Positions 42,071-57,550 are shown, counted from the first letter of the stretch. The stretch is DNA of 64,000 nucleotides from the human T2T-CHM13v2.0 reference genome, Homo sapiens (GCF_009914755.1 NC_060938.1), one strand, 5' to 3'. Numbers and translations: made by a program. Notes: a model not told the origin generated them from the sequence alone.

Positions 42071-42375
42071 GGCCAGGTGTAGTGGCTCACATCTGTAATC
42101 CCAGCACTTTGGGCAATGTAGGAGGATCATTTGAAACTAGGAGTTGGAGAACAGCCTGGGCAACATAGCAAGACCCCATCTCTACAGATTTTTTTTTCAT
42201 TAGTCAGGCGTGGCAGCACATGCCTGTAGTCCTAGCTACTCCAGAGGCTGAGGAAGGAGTATCGTTTAAACCGAGGAGTTCAAGACTGCAATGAGCTATG
42301 ATTGTAGCATTGTACTCTAGCGTGAGCAACAGAATGAGACCCAGTCACTAAAATATTAATAATAATAATAAATAC
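42071..42375 (+). mobile_element. AluJ, full length, (TAA)n tail
   Basis: J-type right arm gagttcaagactgcaatgagctatgat; middle linker is a T-run. Confidence 0.92.
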
Positions 42376-44244
42376 ATAAATTTGAAAAGCTTAAAAGGTA
42401 CATTTTATATTATTTTAAATGTATTTAAATAGCGTTAAATTTCATAGTTAAGTTTATGATTTAACAATCTTAGGTCGATTATAGAATAACATTTATAATC
42501 ATTCAAATACAATTTTCTAATGGAATTTACATTGTCTCACAATTACAGCTGTGTAAATTGTTTTAATGTCTGGTATTAGTACAGGATTTCCATACCCAAC
42601 AATGCAAAAAAAAAATCAAAGAATTCTGGTCTAAAATCAGTGCATACTGGACCCAAAGCATAGGCATAAAATTATTGTCCAGCTTAGAATATTTTGATCT
42701 GGGGCCTTAGATATTCCAATAAGTATTTTACAAATATCTCTTTGGTAACTCTGATATTTTATTAGTTTCAAAGAGGAAACTTTTACATAAAAAGCTAGTG
42801 TTGTCTGAATTGCCTATACAATCAAGGTATTGATCACAGCTATTGTTTATTGAATCACCGATTGTTGACAACCTGGCATGTACTGTGGTAAGGCTTTTGC
42901 ACTGGTAAGCTCTAGTTGTAGGACAAACCTGAAGAGTGATCATGTTGCACCTAGTCTATAGATGAGATAAACTAAGTCCCAGAGAGATTTGATGATTCCT
43001 GGAATTACATGCTGGGCTTTGGCAGAGCTCCAGTTTTTTTCTATTCAAAAGTAGGGTTTCCTTCTCCATAATGTCACTACTCATGAAGAGTCTAAGAGTT
43101 TATGTCACTCTATGAACATAAACAATATAGGAGTTTCTGCTTTAGATACTCTGTTTCTTCTTAGATTAATGGTATTTTTTTTTCAAAAAAAAGAGTTATA
43201 GTAGAGACTAGCAGTAAAGATACAGACTCATGTCAAATTTATGTCTAAAACATTTATTGTAACTATTTGGAAGGCTATTTTATATGTAATTAGAAGGTTA
43301 ACCAAACTCTCAGGAAGTCCATTACTGTATTAAGATAACCTCTTACAAACTCTCACCAAGTAAAACATGCACATACAGAAAGTTGCCAATAAAAAAAAAA
43401 CACACAGAAACCAAGTAGAGCTCAAACACTTCATTTGATTAAAAGTTTTCTTAACTAACTGGAATGTTTCCTTAGATTTTCTCTTTGGAATCTAAAGCTA
43501 TATTATGAAATTGCTTTTCAATTCCCCATACGGTGATTATTTAATCGTGCCTTTACCAGCTGTGAACATAGCTTCTCTCTGATAACAGTTTATTTTTAAA
43601 GGAAATTGTCTTTGAAGAAAATATTTTGATACTATGCAGCAAAATAAGAGTTCATTGGAAGAAAAAAAAAACAAAGATCACAAAAAGAATGACTTCTAGT
43701 TGGTCTGTGGGGGAAAAGGAGGAATAGCAGCTACATAAAGATAAAACAAAACCAGCCACTCACATGGGAGGAAACAATTGGCTTGTTCCACATAAACAAA
43801 ACTGACTGGCAGCTCCTTTTTGCCATGTTCCACTGGGTGCCTTGATGTCTTTTAAACACAGTCAAATATCCAGACTCTGTGTCCTCTTTTTCTTTCACGA
43901 CTCCCTCTCGGACCTCAATCCTGTCTTAAGTATGCCATATTGTGCCAGTGAACCTCAGATCTTACATATTTGAAAAGCTTCACTTTTAGGGATATAAATA
44001 GAGAAACCTCAACTTTGTCAGGAAACTGGCAGAAATCAGGTATAGGGGGACTCCCCAAGGCAGCAAAGGAACGGAAAAGTGGAGAGACAAAAATAAAGGA
44101 ATTACTCTTCTTCTGTTCCCGTGTGCACACTCACTAGAACCATGGAATGGGGAAAAGTGGAAAGAAAAAGGCATTGACCAAGAAGAGGATGGGACCCCCA
44201 TGTCGGGGAGTACAGAGGAAAGGAGACTTCTGCCAAGGTTGTAA

Positions 44245-44458
44245 GGCATTTTGGACTAGATCATTCTCTGCTCTAGGGGCTGTCCTACGCATTGTAACGT
44301 GTTTAGCAGCATTGCTGTCCCCTACCCCTCAGGTGTCATTATCACCTCGATCCTCAACCCTCATCCCACTCCACCCCCTCACTGTGACAAACAAAATTGT
44401 CTCTAGACATTGCCAAATGTGCCCTGGTGGGACCAAATCACCCCACTGAGAACCACTG
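44245..44458. mobile_element. MER20 hAT-Charlie MITE (partial)
   Basis: ggggctgtcctacgcattgtaacgtgtttagcagc...tgtgacaaacaaaattgtctctagacattgccaaatgt...tgagaaccactg. Confidence 0.85.
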
Positions 44459-44554
44459 CTACCAGTATGGAGAGGTGCAGAGCCAATCAGAAGTCAGTAT
44501 CATCTCTTCAGCATCATTTCTTTGGTGTCCTGTCCCCAGCCCAAGAGACTGTCT

Positions 44555-45420
44555 CATTCTCATTCAACATTTATTAAGCATCTACTTTATTTCAGGTTCT
44601 GGGCTGGGTGCTGGGAATTCTGAGTTGATAAAGAAAGACCGTATCCTTGCCTTCAGAGAAGCTACAATTTAGGAGAGACAGAAGAGTGAGAAATGCAACA
44701 GATAATCTTGCAAAGAGTGGGAACATAATGTAAACAAGGGGAAAACTGAAAATATTAACCATTGAACCTAAATGGACAGTGGCCAAAGTGCTCAAAAAGG
44801 GTTTAGGAAGCCTCCTGCTATTGCAGGTGATAACCCTTTAATTGCTGAATCATTGGGAGGTTCTGGAGGGAAGTCCCTGAGGCTGGCACTCCAGGGCCTG
44901 TGAAAATATTATATTATTTCACAACCTTTCTGGTTGTACTAGAAAATAGTCTGTAGATCCCACCCAAGCTAGCACAGAAGCAAAAACGAGATGAAAGTGG
45001 AAATAATGGCTTAGCGATAGAGATAATGCTTGGGCTGGGTCTCAAAGCGTAAGAGTTTATCTGGTGTACAAAAAGATGAAGGGGAGAGGAAACAGTATGC
45101 AGAGAAACATGGAGGTGATAATCACGAGAGAATGAAGAGACACTCTAAGAGAGCTGGTGTGCCAAGAGCTTAGACTACAGGGCATGGGGAGGGAAAAGAT
45201 GGGTCTAGGGAGGTAGACTAAGCATGGAAAGTCTTGAATGGACTTTATCCTCTAGGTGATGAAAACTGCTGGACAGTTTTAAACAAAAGAGGAACAAGAT
45301 TATTATGGCAGGAGTTTGGCAAATAGACTTAAAAAGTAAGGAGGGATTGGATAAGTACAGAGAAGAGGGATCTATTAGAAGCTAGGGACTAAGCACAGAA
45401 AAGACATTAGAAGGTAAAAT
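44555..45420 (-). mobile_element. LINE-2 fragments
   Basis: cattcaacatttattaagcatctact...gggtgctgggaatt; gactttatcctctaggtgatg. Confidence 0.6.
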
Positions 45421-45425
45421 CAGCC

Positions 45426-45737
<312 letters not shown>

Positions 45738-45938
45738 TCAGTTCAATGTAGGAGGCATTACAGAAAGAAGAAAACAAACCTTAACAAAGGATTCCTTACA
45801 CTGGCCTCATTGTGCTACTTCAGACAGTGATGAATTTATAACTGCCAAATTGAGACACACACAAAACCACCATATCTACATCAAATGTACTATGATTACA
45901 CTTGGAGGTTTGAGCTTAATAAGAAAATACTGGCTGTC

Positions 45939-46471
45939 CATCCCATTACTGGGCGTATACCCAAAGGATTATAAATCATGCTGCTATAAAGACACATGCA
46001 CACGTATGTTTATTGTGGCACTATTCACAATAGCAAAGACTTGGAACCAACCCAAATGTCCATCAATGATAGACTGGATTAAGAAAATGTGGCACATATA
46101 CACCATGGAATACTATGCAGCCATAAAAAGGATGAGTTCATGTCCTTTGTAGGGACATGGATGAAGCTAGAAACCATCATTCTGAGCAAACTGTCACAAG
46201 GACAGAAAACCAAACACCGCATGTTCTCACGCATAGGTGGGAATCGAACAGTGAGAACACATGGACACAGGGTGGGGAACATCACACACCAGGGCCTGTT
46301 GTGGGGTGGGGGGAGGGGGGAGGGACAGCATTAGGAGATATACGTAATGTAAATGATGAGTTAACGGGTGCAGCACACCAACATGGCACATGTATATATA
46401 CGTAACAAACCTGCACATTGTGCACATGTACCCTAGAACTTAAAGTATAATAATAATTTAAAAAAAAAGAA
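45939..46471 (+). mobile_element. 5'-truncated L1PA4/5-like element
   Basis: ORF2 tail IPLLGVYPKDYKSCCYKDTC and 3' UTR; 18-bp TSD AAGAAA(A/G)TA(C/T)TGGCTGTC at 45921-45938 and 46472-46489. Confidence 0.95.
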
Positions 46472-47493
46472 AAGAAAGTATTGGCTGTCATTAAAAAAAC
46501 ATATTATTTTTTTCAAAAACGAAAACCTTTGCGAACACATTCTAATTTATACCAAGGAACTAAAGTGCCAGGAAGACATAGGGACAATTCAAATTTGAGT
46601 TTGTGATGAGTGGCTATGATCAAATTTTGCATTATTCCTTAGATTTAATTTATCATCTCTGTAAGCAACAATCTTCAGGGCAAGGGAGAGCTTTTAGAGC
46701 CTTTGTTACAGTCAAATTTATCTAAAAGACAGAACTTTTCATCAAGGGAATTAAAGACAGCACGGCTTCTTCCATACACTTGGGTTAAGTTGGTTTTTTT
46801 TTTCTTTTCTTTCAAATATCAATAGCTTAAGACAGAAACAGCATATGGGAAACCCAGAAAACCATTTACACTCAGCAGATATGTCCAGCTGGACTTCACC
46901 CCAGCAGAGGTTAAACATTAACAGGTGCAAGGAGAGACTTTTGTGAAAATACTGTTTCATATGACTTCATCTCATAAACAGTTAATGTTCGTGGATATTT
47001 TATACCCCCTTAGGCAACAATTTCTTTTTCCTCCCCTGTTCATTTCAGCAGTCCTGTTTTCTCCACCCTGGCTTCCCTATTTCATCCCCCATCACATCCC
47101 AAGAAATGAATTCTCCTATCTTCCTCCTCTTTTGGCATGCCCCATTAAACTTGGAGCAGTCTTAGGTGATTTTGCTTCCTGCTTGAGAAAGGGATGTCAT
47201 CATGGTGTATCTGAATCTGGAACTGGCAAATATATGCTCCATATAGACCCATCACTCCTTGTCGATGACATTGATAAGAAATTGTAGCACTTTTCTCCCC
47301 TGATTCTAGGTGTGCCTCCAAATTTTTCTCAATTCAGTATCCTAAGCAATCACTACCATTTGGTAGGAGCAGGTGCTTGGGGTGCAGGCTAATTGCCATC
47401 CCTATCTGAGATCCTGGTCATGTGCTTCCCTCTTCTGTAGGTGGAGTTCTACTTTTACAGCTCTTAGCATCAGTGTTTCAGGATATAATAGGT

Positions 47494-47494
<1 letters not shown>

Positions 47495-47526
<32 letters not shown>
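47495..47526 (+). repeat. (GT)16 microsatellite
   Basis: Direct reading. Confidence 0.95.
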
Positions 47527-47528
<2 letters not shown>

Positions 47529-48224
47529 AAAAAAAAAAAGTAACCCCCTTTTCTAAAACTCAACTACAACCTTCTTAACAAACCAGCTCAAAATATGCCA
47601 ACCACCTACTTATACTAACTTTTTTTTCCTTCCTCTCCCATTTTGTCTCCAATTTCTTCCTCCCCACCACCCCATCTTTCCCTCAGTAATGGTGGTGGTC
47701 GTAGCTCCAAAAGGGAGACCATTCTAAGAACCTAATGAATCTGAGAATGTGAAGGTTTATAGGAACTTCCTAAATTAAAATGTGGGCATTGCTTCACCCC
47801 AGAATGTCCTTGTATCCTTTCTGAAAGACAGTGCAAGCAGAATGCATCTCACCTGTTCCATGCAGCTCCATTCATTTGGGGTCCTCTTCTGCTACCTGGG
47901 GAACCTGGCAAAGTGTACTTGTATTGTGTACATGGGGCCTCTGGGCTTGTCTCACAGGCCATGGTGGGAGGTAGAGGAAGTGGAAGGGAAAATATTCCTA
48001 CCCAAGATCTGGCTACTGACCTCTTCTAGAGTCTGTTGTACCCAAGCTGTACAACAGAGTATGAGAGAAAGAGAAAGAAGTGAGGAAAGTGGTGGGAAAG
48101 GGAGGTGGTGGGCAGAGTAGAGAGGAGGCAAGGAAGGTTGGGGAGGAAGGAGAAGAGAAAAAGAGGAGGAGGGAAGGGGAAGAAGAAAAGGAAAGAACAC
48201 AAGGTGTTGCATATGGATTTTCTC

Positions 48225-48395
48225 CTGTAATTTTCACAGCAAGCCTGGGAAATATACATAACCATTATTGCTGTTCCTTTTCTCTTCAGATGAGGAAACT
48301 GAAGCTTAGAAAGTTTAAGAAACTGGCTTAAGATCTCATAGGTAGTAATTCGTGATGCAAGAATTTCATCCCATGTAGTCTGAATCCAGAGCCTG
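48225..48395 (-). mobile_element. MIR fragment
   Basis: cagatgaggaaactgaagcttagaaagtttaagaaactggcttaagatctcatag...gtctgaatccagagcc. Confidence 0.75.
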
Positions 48396-50247
48396 CTATT
48401 CCTGCAAGGAGTAAAAGAAGAACATACAAACTAAAGATGGTAAAATGGGCTTTCTAAAGAAGTTTGAGCATCTTTGGAAATAGGGAAACAGAATTAATGC
48501 TGTGTTTTAAAAAAAGTAGACCAAAGCTACAGGGACTTTGGAGATCCTCTAGTCTAAGTGGATTATTTTCAGAAGATGAAACTGAGGCTAACAGAAGCTA
48601 GGGAGGACCCTCTCTCCTCCCAACTCCAAGTCCTGGCTTCATAAACAGGCCTTTAAAAAGCGAAGTTATTGCCGTCAAGAACTGCTTAGATTTAGTTGGG
48701 AGAAGAGAGCAGGAAGGGAGAAGGGTTGGAACTGGCTAATTGTCAGTTGTTACCCACACTGGGTTAATTTCAAGTCTAATGGTACCTGAAGTCAGTTCCT
48801 CCTCTCCCTCCTGGGTGGGGGTCAGACAGAGACTCACTTAGTGAATGCCCGGGGGTCCATTCAGTGATGGTGGTTGAGACAATGCTGGCTGGTGCAGATT
48901 GCTTGTTTTGGAACCAGCATTCCAGGGCAGGCATTCCACACAAGTGGCCACAGCATTCTGCATTCTTGGAAGGGACCACTACATCCCAGGAATGGATGGC
49001 TTTGTTATGTCTTATCTCCTAATCTGCAGTTGGAGATTTTCCTTCCTTTTGCAGGTGCTCTCATTTCCTTCATTATTTGTTTATTAGAAAATCTTGTGGC
49101 CTTCCAAAGTTATTCTTATGCTAAGGAAGGTCGAATGTGATAACATATTTGTGTTGGCCAAGAGTGAGGACATAGCAAACACTGAGAGTCACATAATCAT
49201 GAGTATAACTGAAAGTGGTGCTTCACTATAAACAAAAGTTCCCTGCCCCCAACAGTGGGGGTCATTAAAGTTTCAAAAGTAGAGAGAGAAGGCAAGAGGT
49301 TGCTCCTTCGTCTGCTGGTGCTACAAATCTAGTTGCTTGAGCTCTGTGGAAGTTGTGGCTGGAACTATTTTTAAGATTTAATTCAGGGGCTACAGAGTTC
49401 AGAGAGCATTGCCAAAAGAATGCCTGAGAAGGCCTAAACTGGACCAAGGGTTCTGCGTGGGAAATAAGTTTTCCACACTTTTACATCCCGAAACCTAGGG
49501 AAAAACAAAGCAACACTGAGTGTGTGGGGCCAGAGATGAACCTCACCTTATCTTTGCTTCCAAAAAATAAAAGGATGACAAAACAGACCAAGAGAAAAGC
49601 CAAAAAATCTTTTTAGCAAAGCATTATTCAGCTGACGTTCTCATTTCTCACACACCCTCTAAACATTAAGTAGACATCAGAAGTCCACATTTCAATGGAA
49701 TTATGGGATCTTATTTTGCTAGAAACCGAGAATCTCAGTATGAACATCAATTCTTATCATTCCTTCACTGTGAAAAAAAAACACAAATTTAAAAGAAATT
49801 ATTATCATATGAAAATATCGCATTCCTGAAATTCTAATCCTTTATCTACTACCCCCAGTATATTAAGGGCAGTTAATATGAGTACTACTTTTTAATAACC
49901 TACCTTGCTGCCAAATGGACTTACAATATAGCAAAGGTCACATAAAATATGCAATATAGTAAACAAAAGGATGGTAAAGGAAAATAAGGAAAGGGGTATA
50001 AGTTGTAAATGGGAAGTGGCCAGTTCACAAAATATATACCATGAAGTCCTACACATCTGCTAAATGTCGACCAAACTTTGTTTTAAAGCTTTATAGCAGC
50101 CAACAAGGACAGGAAAATATAATCAGGTACACAGCCCACAGTGTCCACTGGGTGAGAGCAAACCAAATGCTCAGGAGAGACATGGTTGTTTGCAATGCTA
50201 AGACCACAAAAAACATCTCCCAGGAGACCTGAAAAAGGTAAACCCAA

Positions 50248-50560
50248 GGCTGGGTGCAGTGGCTCACACCAGTAATCCCAGCACTTTGGGAGGCCAAGGC
50301 AGGTGGATCACTTGAGGCCAGAAGTTAGAGACCAGCCTGGCCAATGTGGCGAAACCCCATCTCTACTAGAAATACAAAAAAAACTTAGCCAGGCGTGGTG
50401 GTGCATGTCGGTAATCCCAGCTACTCGGGAGGCTAAGACAGAATCATTTGAACCCGGGAGGTGGAGGTTTCAGTGAGCCGAGATTGTGCCACTGCACTCC
50501 AGCCTGGTGACAGAGCAAGACTCTGTCCCACCCCACCTCCACTCCCCCACCCCTGCCAAA
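50248..50560 (+). mobile_element. AluS, full length, C-rich tail
   Basis: Dimeric Alu; TSD AAAAAGGTAAA(A)CC on both sides. Confidence 0.93.
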
Positions 50561-50604
50561 AAAAAGGTAAAACCTGTGTAGTGTATCAAGCAATGTCCAG
50601 GTCT

Positions 50605-50895
50605 CATTCATTCATTTGACAATTCCTCACTGAGCTCCTACTAAGTGCCAGGCACTATGTAAAGAATGGAGGGAGATACAACAAGATACAAGAGCCGGAG
50701 ATACAAAGGTGTCCAAACACCTAAGAAAGGTGCTCCAAACACAGACTGGTCCCTGCCTTCATGGAGCTTAACATTTAGTGAAAGGGAAAGACATTAGTCA
50801 AATAATCACAGAAGTAAATGTACAATACAACTGTGGCAAGAGCATCAAGGAAAGGGAGGCAGTGCTATGAGAACATCTAATAAGGAGGATCTGAC
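50605..50895 (-). mobile_element. L2 3' region
   Basis: cattcattcatttgacaa...actgagctcctactaagtgccaggcact...ggtccctgccttcatggagctta. Confidence 0.8.
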
Positions 50896-51328
50896 TTAAC
50901 ATCCTTACAGTAAACTTAGCGCTTGGTTTCAGAGGACTGTTACAGTCACCAGTGTCTCACCTCCCTTATTACTTTGAGAGGAAACACACAGAAATTTTAT
51001 ATCATGCAAGCATCAAATTAAGTAATGTCTGTGAAAGGCTTTGAAAATTATAAAGCATGATGTAACTATAAAGTACGTGAACCAAGAAAAGAAGTCTCAA
51101 ATATCATGAGTTAGAAAAAAAAATTCCTATACCAAATGAAGAAAGAATCTGAATAAGTAAAATAAGTTGCATAATTCTGATTAAGTAAAATTAACTATAG
51201 TAATTGAATTATTATACATTGGTAATTCTGTGTAAATAGAATAATTGTATAAATGTTACCTAAGCAGTGTAAAGCAACCATAATTCAGCTTTTCAATCAC
51301 CTTAAACACCCATTTAAAAAGTATTCCA

Positions 51329-51439
51329 GGAGGGTCTCTTGAGCCCAAGAGTTCAAGGCTACAGTCAGCTATGAGCTATGATCATGCCACCGCACTCTAC
51401 CCTAGGCAACAGAGCAAGACCCTGTCTCTTCAACAAAAG
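51329..51439 (+). mobile_element. 5'-truncated AluJ/FRAM right-arm fragment
   Basis: TSD AAAAAGTAT(T/A)CCA at 51316-51328 and 51440-51452. Confidence 0.88.
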
Positions 51440-51734
51440 AAAAAGTATACCAATAATACTTGCTACAAAAATGTGGTTACAAAATAGGCTTCTAATTTGT
51501 TTAATTGTAAACTGTTGCATCAACCTCATATGATATGTCTCTTTTGTCAACTAATGAATCCTAGGTAATCAAAAATGGTTCATACAAAAAGAACTCCAGT
51601 TTATATGGTTTTATCAGAAACATTATTGGAACAAAATAATGACTTTTTCTTCCATACCATCTTCCACTTACCAGCAATAACCTGCTGTTTCTAAAATTAA
51701 AAAGAAAATTAAAGTGCGAAAGGTGCCTTCAATT

Positions 51735-51930
51735 TGCATAGCACTTTCTCAGTTTCTAGATCTGTTCACAGAGACTACTTAGTTTATGTTCACAACCAGT
51801 CTATGAAATAGGCAAAGTAGAAAACAGGAGTTCAGGAAGGTTAAGTGGCGAGGTCAAATAGCTGGAAAGTAGCAAAGCCAAGAAGAATATGGCCACCAGG
51901 TCTTTCAGATAAGGTCTTTCCACTGTACCA
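51735..51930 (-). mobile_element. MIR fragment
   Basis: ttcacaaccagtctatgaaatagg...gttcaggaaggttaagtg...ctttccactgtacca. Confidence 0.55.
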
Positions 51931-53171
51931 CTCTGTAAGTTACCCACAAAACTCCCCAGAAAGGATATTATACATCAGAAAGGGGGCTCACCAATAACAG
52001 GAGTGAAAGGCAGGGGCTGAGACGGTCCCTCCTAAGTACACACTTCACCAAGGACTTAAGTACTTGGGTAAGAGTCCTTTCACTGAGAAGCGATTGGTGA
52101 GTTTAGTTTTTCCAGGTCATGTGTTTTCTGGAATGCATTATGCACCATCTTTTTAGCCCTGGGAGCTTCACCAACACCCCATCCCAGTTTTTCTCACACA
52201 CCAGTGGGCAAGCACCAGTCAAACAATTCTAGGCACATCTTCCTGAAGATAGTGCATGCCTTCACTTGCGCACTAGATAAAACAGCCCCTCACCTCCTGG
52301 CATCATTCTGTCTTTTCCTTTTCAGTAAAACTCCTGGGGGATTCCTTCACAATGATCCAAATGTATGTGGAGTAGAAAGCAATTGTTGGTTACAAAAGGC
52401 CATATTTAGGGTATTTCCACTTGTATGTGCAAGGGGGAAAAAAATCAAAGAATGAAAACAAATGAAAAGAGAGAGTCTTAAGCACAATAAAACTGTCTGA
52501 CAAGCATAAATAAACATCACTCTGTTAGATAAGCATTCTCTACCAGTTTTAAGGCTTTAGTGTATGTTCATTTTACTTGTAAGCAAAACTAAGAGAAGAA
52601 CAAGTAAAAATTACAGAGAACCAAAAGTCTTGCGTTAAAAGCTAAATAGCCCCAGCCCCTTCCAGTTGCATCTTCTCCTTCCTCTAGATATGCAGTGAAT
52701 TCAATAGACATTTCAAGTCAGAAGGTAGATGAGAGTGAAACTTCCAAACTAACAAAGCTGAGGGGCAGGTGATGCTTCACCTGCCCAGCAGAACCAATGC
52801 AGGGTGTTGCTTTCAGAGCACAACTCTGTGAATAGAAATTCTCGGAGCCATAAAATCAGAGCTGGTTTTTTTTAGAAGTGGTGAGAGGACAGGATGTAGA
52901 GGAAGGAGTTTTGGTTACGGTTTTAGTTCCACTGATATTACTCATCACCAGATATTTTTTGACAATGTGCAAGGCACTGAGCTAGATGCTGAAGAAAATC
53001 CTTAGAAATAAAAAAACATAGCATCTGCCCTTGCAGAGGAAAGAAGTCCTGCCCTTGAACATTTGTCCTGAAATCTCAGAAGGAAAGTCCAGAGATTCTC
53101 TTGAGGACTGACTGTTCTAAGACATGTACCTGCTGATCACAGATATCAATAATCACAGCCACATGGCACAA

Positions 53172-53824
<653 letters not shown>

Positions 53825-53909
53825 TAAGTTTGTAGAGGAGAAAATGTCCTCCCGCTGGGACCTCTGGTAGGGCAAAATATTCCTTGCTCTATTTGTCTTC
53901 CTTTAACAG

Positions 53910-54110
53910 AGGTTAAGGTGTGGGTTTTAAGTAAGTCAGACCTGAATCTCAGAGTTTGAATCCCTGTTCTGCTACATTCTCACTGCAAATTAGGACAGGT
54001 TTCTTAACCCTTCCAGGAATTATCATCTGTAAGATGCAGACATTAATTGGAGTGTAGTTGATAGTTGTGGAGAAGCAATGAGATAATGCAAGCAATCCCC
54101 TAGTACAGAA
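53910..54110 (+). mobile_element. MIR fragment
   Basis: agtcagacctg...gtttgaatccctgttctgctac...tcatctgtaagatg...aatgagataatgc. Confidence 0.6.
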
Positions 54111-54499
54111 TCCGGCCGGCGTCGGTGCTGGGAAGATGTCAGGTCATCAGCACTGCCGTCCTCATCTACCCAGTGCATATCACCAAAGATGAGACGACTC
54201 TCTCATCTTCTGCCTCTAAGACACACTGCGGTTGGTTCCACTGTGGTACAAACAGCCTACAGCTCCTGCTAACTTGCTACAGTAAGGTGATCTCCTCTAA
54301 GGTACCTCCTATACGGTGATCTCTTCACAAGCACCAGTCAGGCCATTTTAGAACAGGTCTGGGATGTTGATATTTTCCTTCCAAAGAACCCTGATACTCT
54401 ACATATCCTCTCCCTTCTCTGCTACCATGTTCTGGCTGAAAACATGCTTTCATACTGCCAGTGTTAAGAATAATTCTTTAGAATGCATTGTTATATTGT

Positions 54500-54680
54500 C
54501 TTGCAGATTATAAAGCACTTTCACATCTGCTATTTCATGTGATTCTTGCAACAATTCTCTGAAGTAGGGAATTCTCCTTAGGATGCACAGAGTGATTTCA
54601 TGACTTGCCCAGTGTCACACTGCTGGCAAATAGCAGAGCAGGAATTGAACCCACATGACCCCAAACAGCGCTTTTCCGTC
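54500..54680 (-). mobile_element. MIR fragment
   Basis: aaagcactttcacatct...tgacttgcccagtgtcacactgctgg...ggaattgaaccca. Confidence 0.7.
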
Positions 54681-56450
54681 ACAGCCCGAGGGGTCAGAGA
54701 TAGACTTTTAGGTTCTTCATCTGCAAGATGCTCAAGTAAACCCTTGGGTCCCCAGTAAACCAGTCAGAATCCAGGTGTTGCCGGCCCTGCTTATAAAACA
54801 GACCTATTTCTCTCCAGGAAGGCATCTCAGCAGAAATATATTTCACTGTCCCCTCCAACCCAGGCCCCATCCACATGGAATGCCTGGAAGAGCCAAATAA
54901 ACAGATTTAACTGACTTAACATGTTTTCCTTGCCAAACATTATAAAATGAAGTAATGGGTAACCTGCATTAATTCTGTTGGATTCTCAGACTTTCCTTTC
55001 TCCCCCTGAGGAATGGAAAATGATTTGAACGAGATGGGAAACCAGCTTTTCCTCTCTCTCCTTCAAAACTTCTCAAAACACATTACTATGCTACTGGAAG
55101 CCATTCAATTTAACTAAGTCATTAAGTTAAATCATCTGCACACATTTTCTCAGTAAGATGAGTCTGCATGGTGGACTGATTTCATAGAACAGTTGCATGT
55201 AAACATCTCCAGGGAAAACCAGATGGCAATGATACATCAGTACCTAGTTAGTCCTACAAAGAGCAGGGCTCTGGTTCTGGACATGATCTTTCCAGGAATC
55301 CTGTAACCTAGGGTGGAACTTCACTATGGAGCCCAGCTGGTGGGTTGTGGTGGGGGGGCAGTTTTTTCCCCTCTTCCAGAGATGTTTTTGTTCATGGCTC
55401 TATAGCACTTACAGCAAAGAAGGCAGGCCAGGCCACCCAGTGTTCCCCGGCTAAGATTTCTGGAAGTACAAGGCCTGAAATTCAACAGAGACCACAAGGC
55501 CCTAAGGGGATGGGAGAATAAAACCCCTGGACCCCACTGGTTGTTCCAATACATCACTCAGGAAGGTGGGCCAGGAGAACAGAGGGCCCACTGGGAACAA
55601 AGGTCCATTAATTGCCAATCTCAAGGCACAGGGAGCCTTCAGAACAAAATGAGGAGGAGAAGGGAGGACCATGTGGCTGAACTGACCTGGCCAAGAAGAA
55701 CTCCATAACGCACTTGCTTAATTAGTCATTACATTTTTTACCATAGTAAAGATATTATATATTTTTGTGTGTTGTATAGATCACAATAAACATAAAACAC
55801 AAAGGAGAGGCAAACTGTGAGGGATTAGTCTAATTAGTGAAAAAAACATTAAACAGCTGACCCTGTATATATTCACTTTAAAGCCTAAAACTTAAACAAC
55901 ATGTTACAAATGTCTTCCAGGATCTGCCAGGGTAGAACAATAGGCCACCAATATAGCGTTCTTGTACCACTGTTTGCAATTGTGTAGAGTAGTACAGCAT
56001 TTTCAATAAAGACAGGATGGCCTCGGTATCTGGAAACAATAACCAATGTGTTAAGGTTTAAAGGTACGTTAAGAACTCAATGCCCTTGGAACCAAAACAG
56101 AGTCCCAGGAAATGTGAGTGATTAGCAAGACCTTTTCAGTGGTGGCAATTTTAACAACGGTAACACTATTTTTAAAGGTTGAATCTCCATTATTAAGCCT
56201 AAGAAAGAAATCAATAAAGTTAACAAATCTATAGGACTAGTGTTGTGGGTAAAAGAGAAGTAGAAACCATTAGCCCTGGCCTGAGGAAGCTTCCAATAGA
56301 ACCAAAGCAAACTTCAGGAAATCGTGTATCACTCCCCAAACCTGACCAGTTCTGTTATTCATGGGCAGGTGAAAACTATGAAAAGCAATATGGAAATCAG
56401 TGCTGTTTCTGTCTTCCTATCTATATTTATAAATAATAATAATAAAAACA

Positions 56451-56834
<384 letters not shown>

Positions 56835-57324
56835 TCACCTCTGGTAGAGATTCCAGTAAGTGCAGGAAGATCTGCATAGGCTAAAATAAGTTGTAACGCA
56901 GGTAAATGAGATGTCTATGAAACAAAACAAAAAGATCCTGACTGAGCAAAGAAGCAAAGAGGATTCCAAGCAGCCAGAGACACTCCCTCTTCGGAATCCT
57001 GAGTGTATAGATATCTTTAAACGGAAGACTATGCAGTCTGGCAACTTTATTTGGCTGTGCATAGCATATCTTCGGATGCTTCTGACTGGCCTAGATGCTG
57101 ACATCAAAATTAATTAGGCGATACAGAAATAGAAGGCATTCATATCTGGAAATTTTAGGGAGAAAGTCTGGGCCCAGGGAAAGTTGTAATTTTCACTCGA
57201 GGTCAATGACTCTGACAATTAAAATAATAATGATAATATAAATTGCTTACATTTGTGTGCAAAGTCGAGAGTGTGTGGCAAGATTTAAAAGTAAGAGAAA
57301 AATAAGAGGAAGAAGATGTGTTTT

Positions 57325-57460
57325 TTGAGTTTTTACTGTATGCCAAGCCCTGTTTTAATACCTTTAGCTACTATGGAGGCCGAGAGTTAAACTTCACAAC
57401 TATCATTATCTTCATTTTACAGGTGAGGAAAATGAGACAGAAAACTGAGGCAGCATAGCT
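57325..57460 (-). mobile_element. MIR fragment
   Basis: tactgtatgccaagccctg...attatcttcattttacaggtgaggaaaatgag. Confidence 0.65.
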
Positions 57461-57550
57461 AGACTGGGAAGCAGTTTCCTTTCCGATTCAATGGAGCTTT
57501 ATCTCCCTTTCCTTTGCCCCTGCCATCTAGCTGCTTCTACCACCACTCAC

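Noticed and set aside
54111-54125. Dense CpG micro-cluster tccggccggcgtcgg
   Set aside because: Too short for an island; no accompanying promoter features
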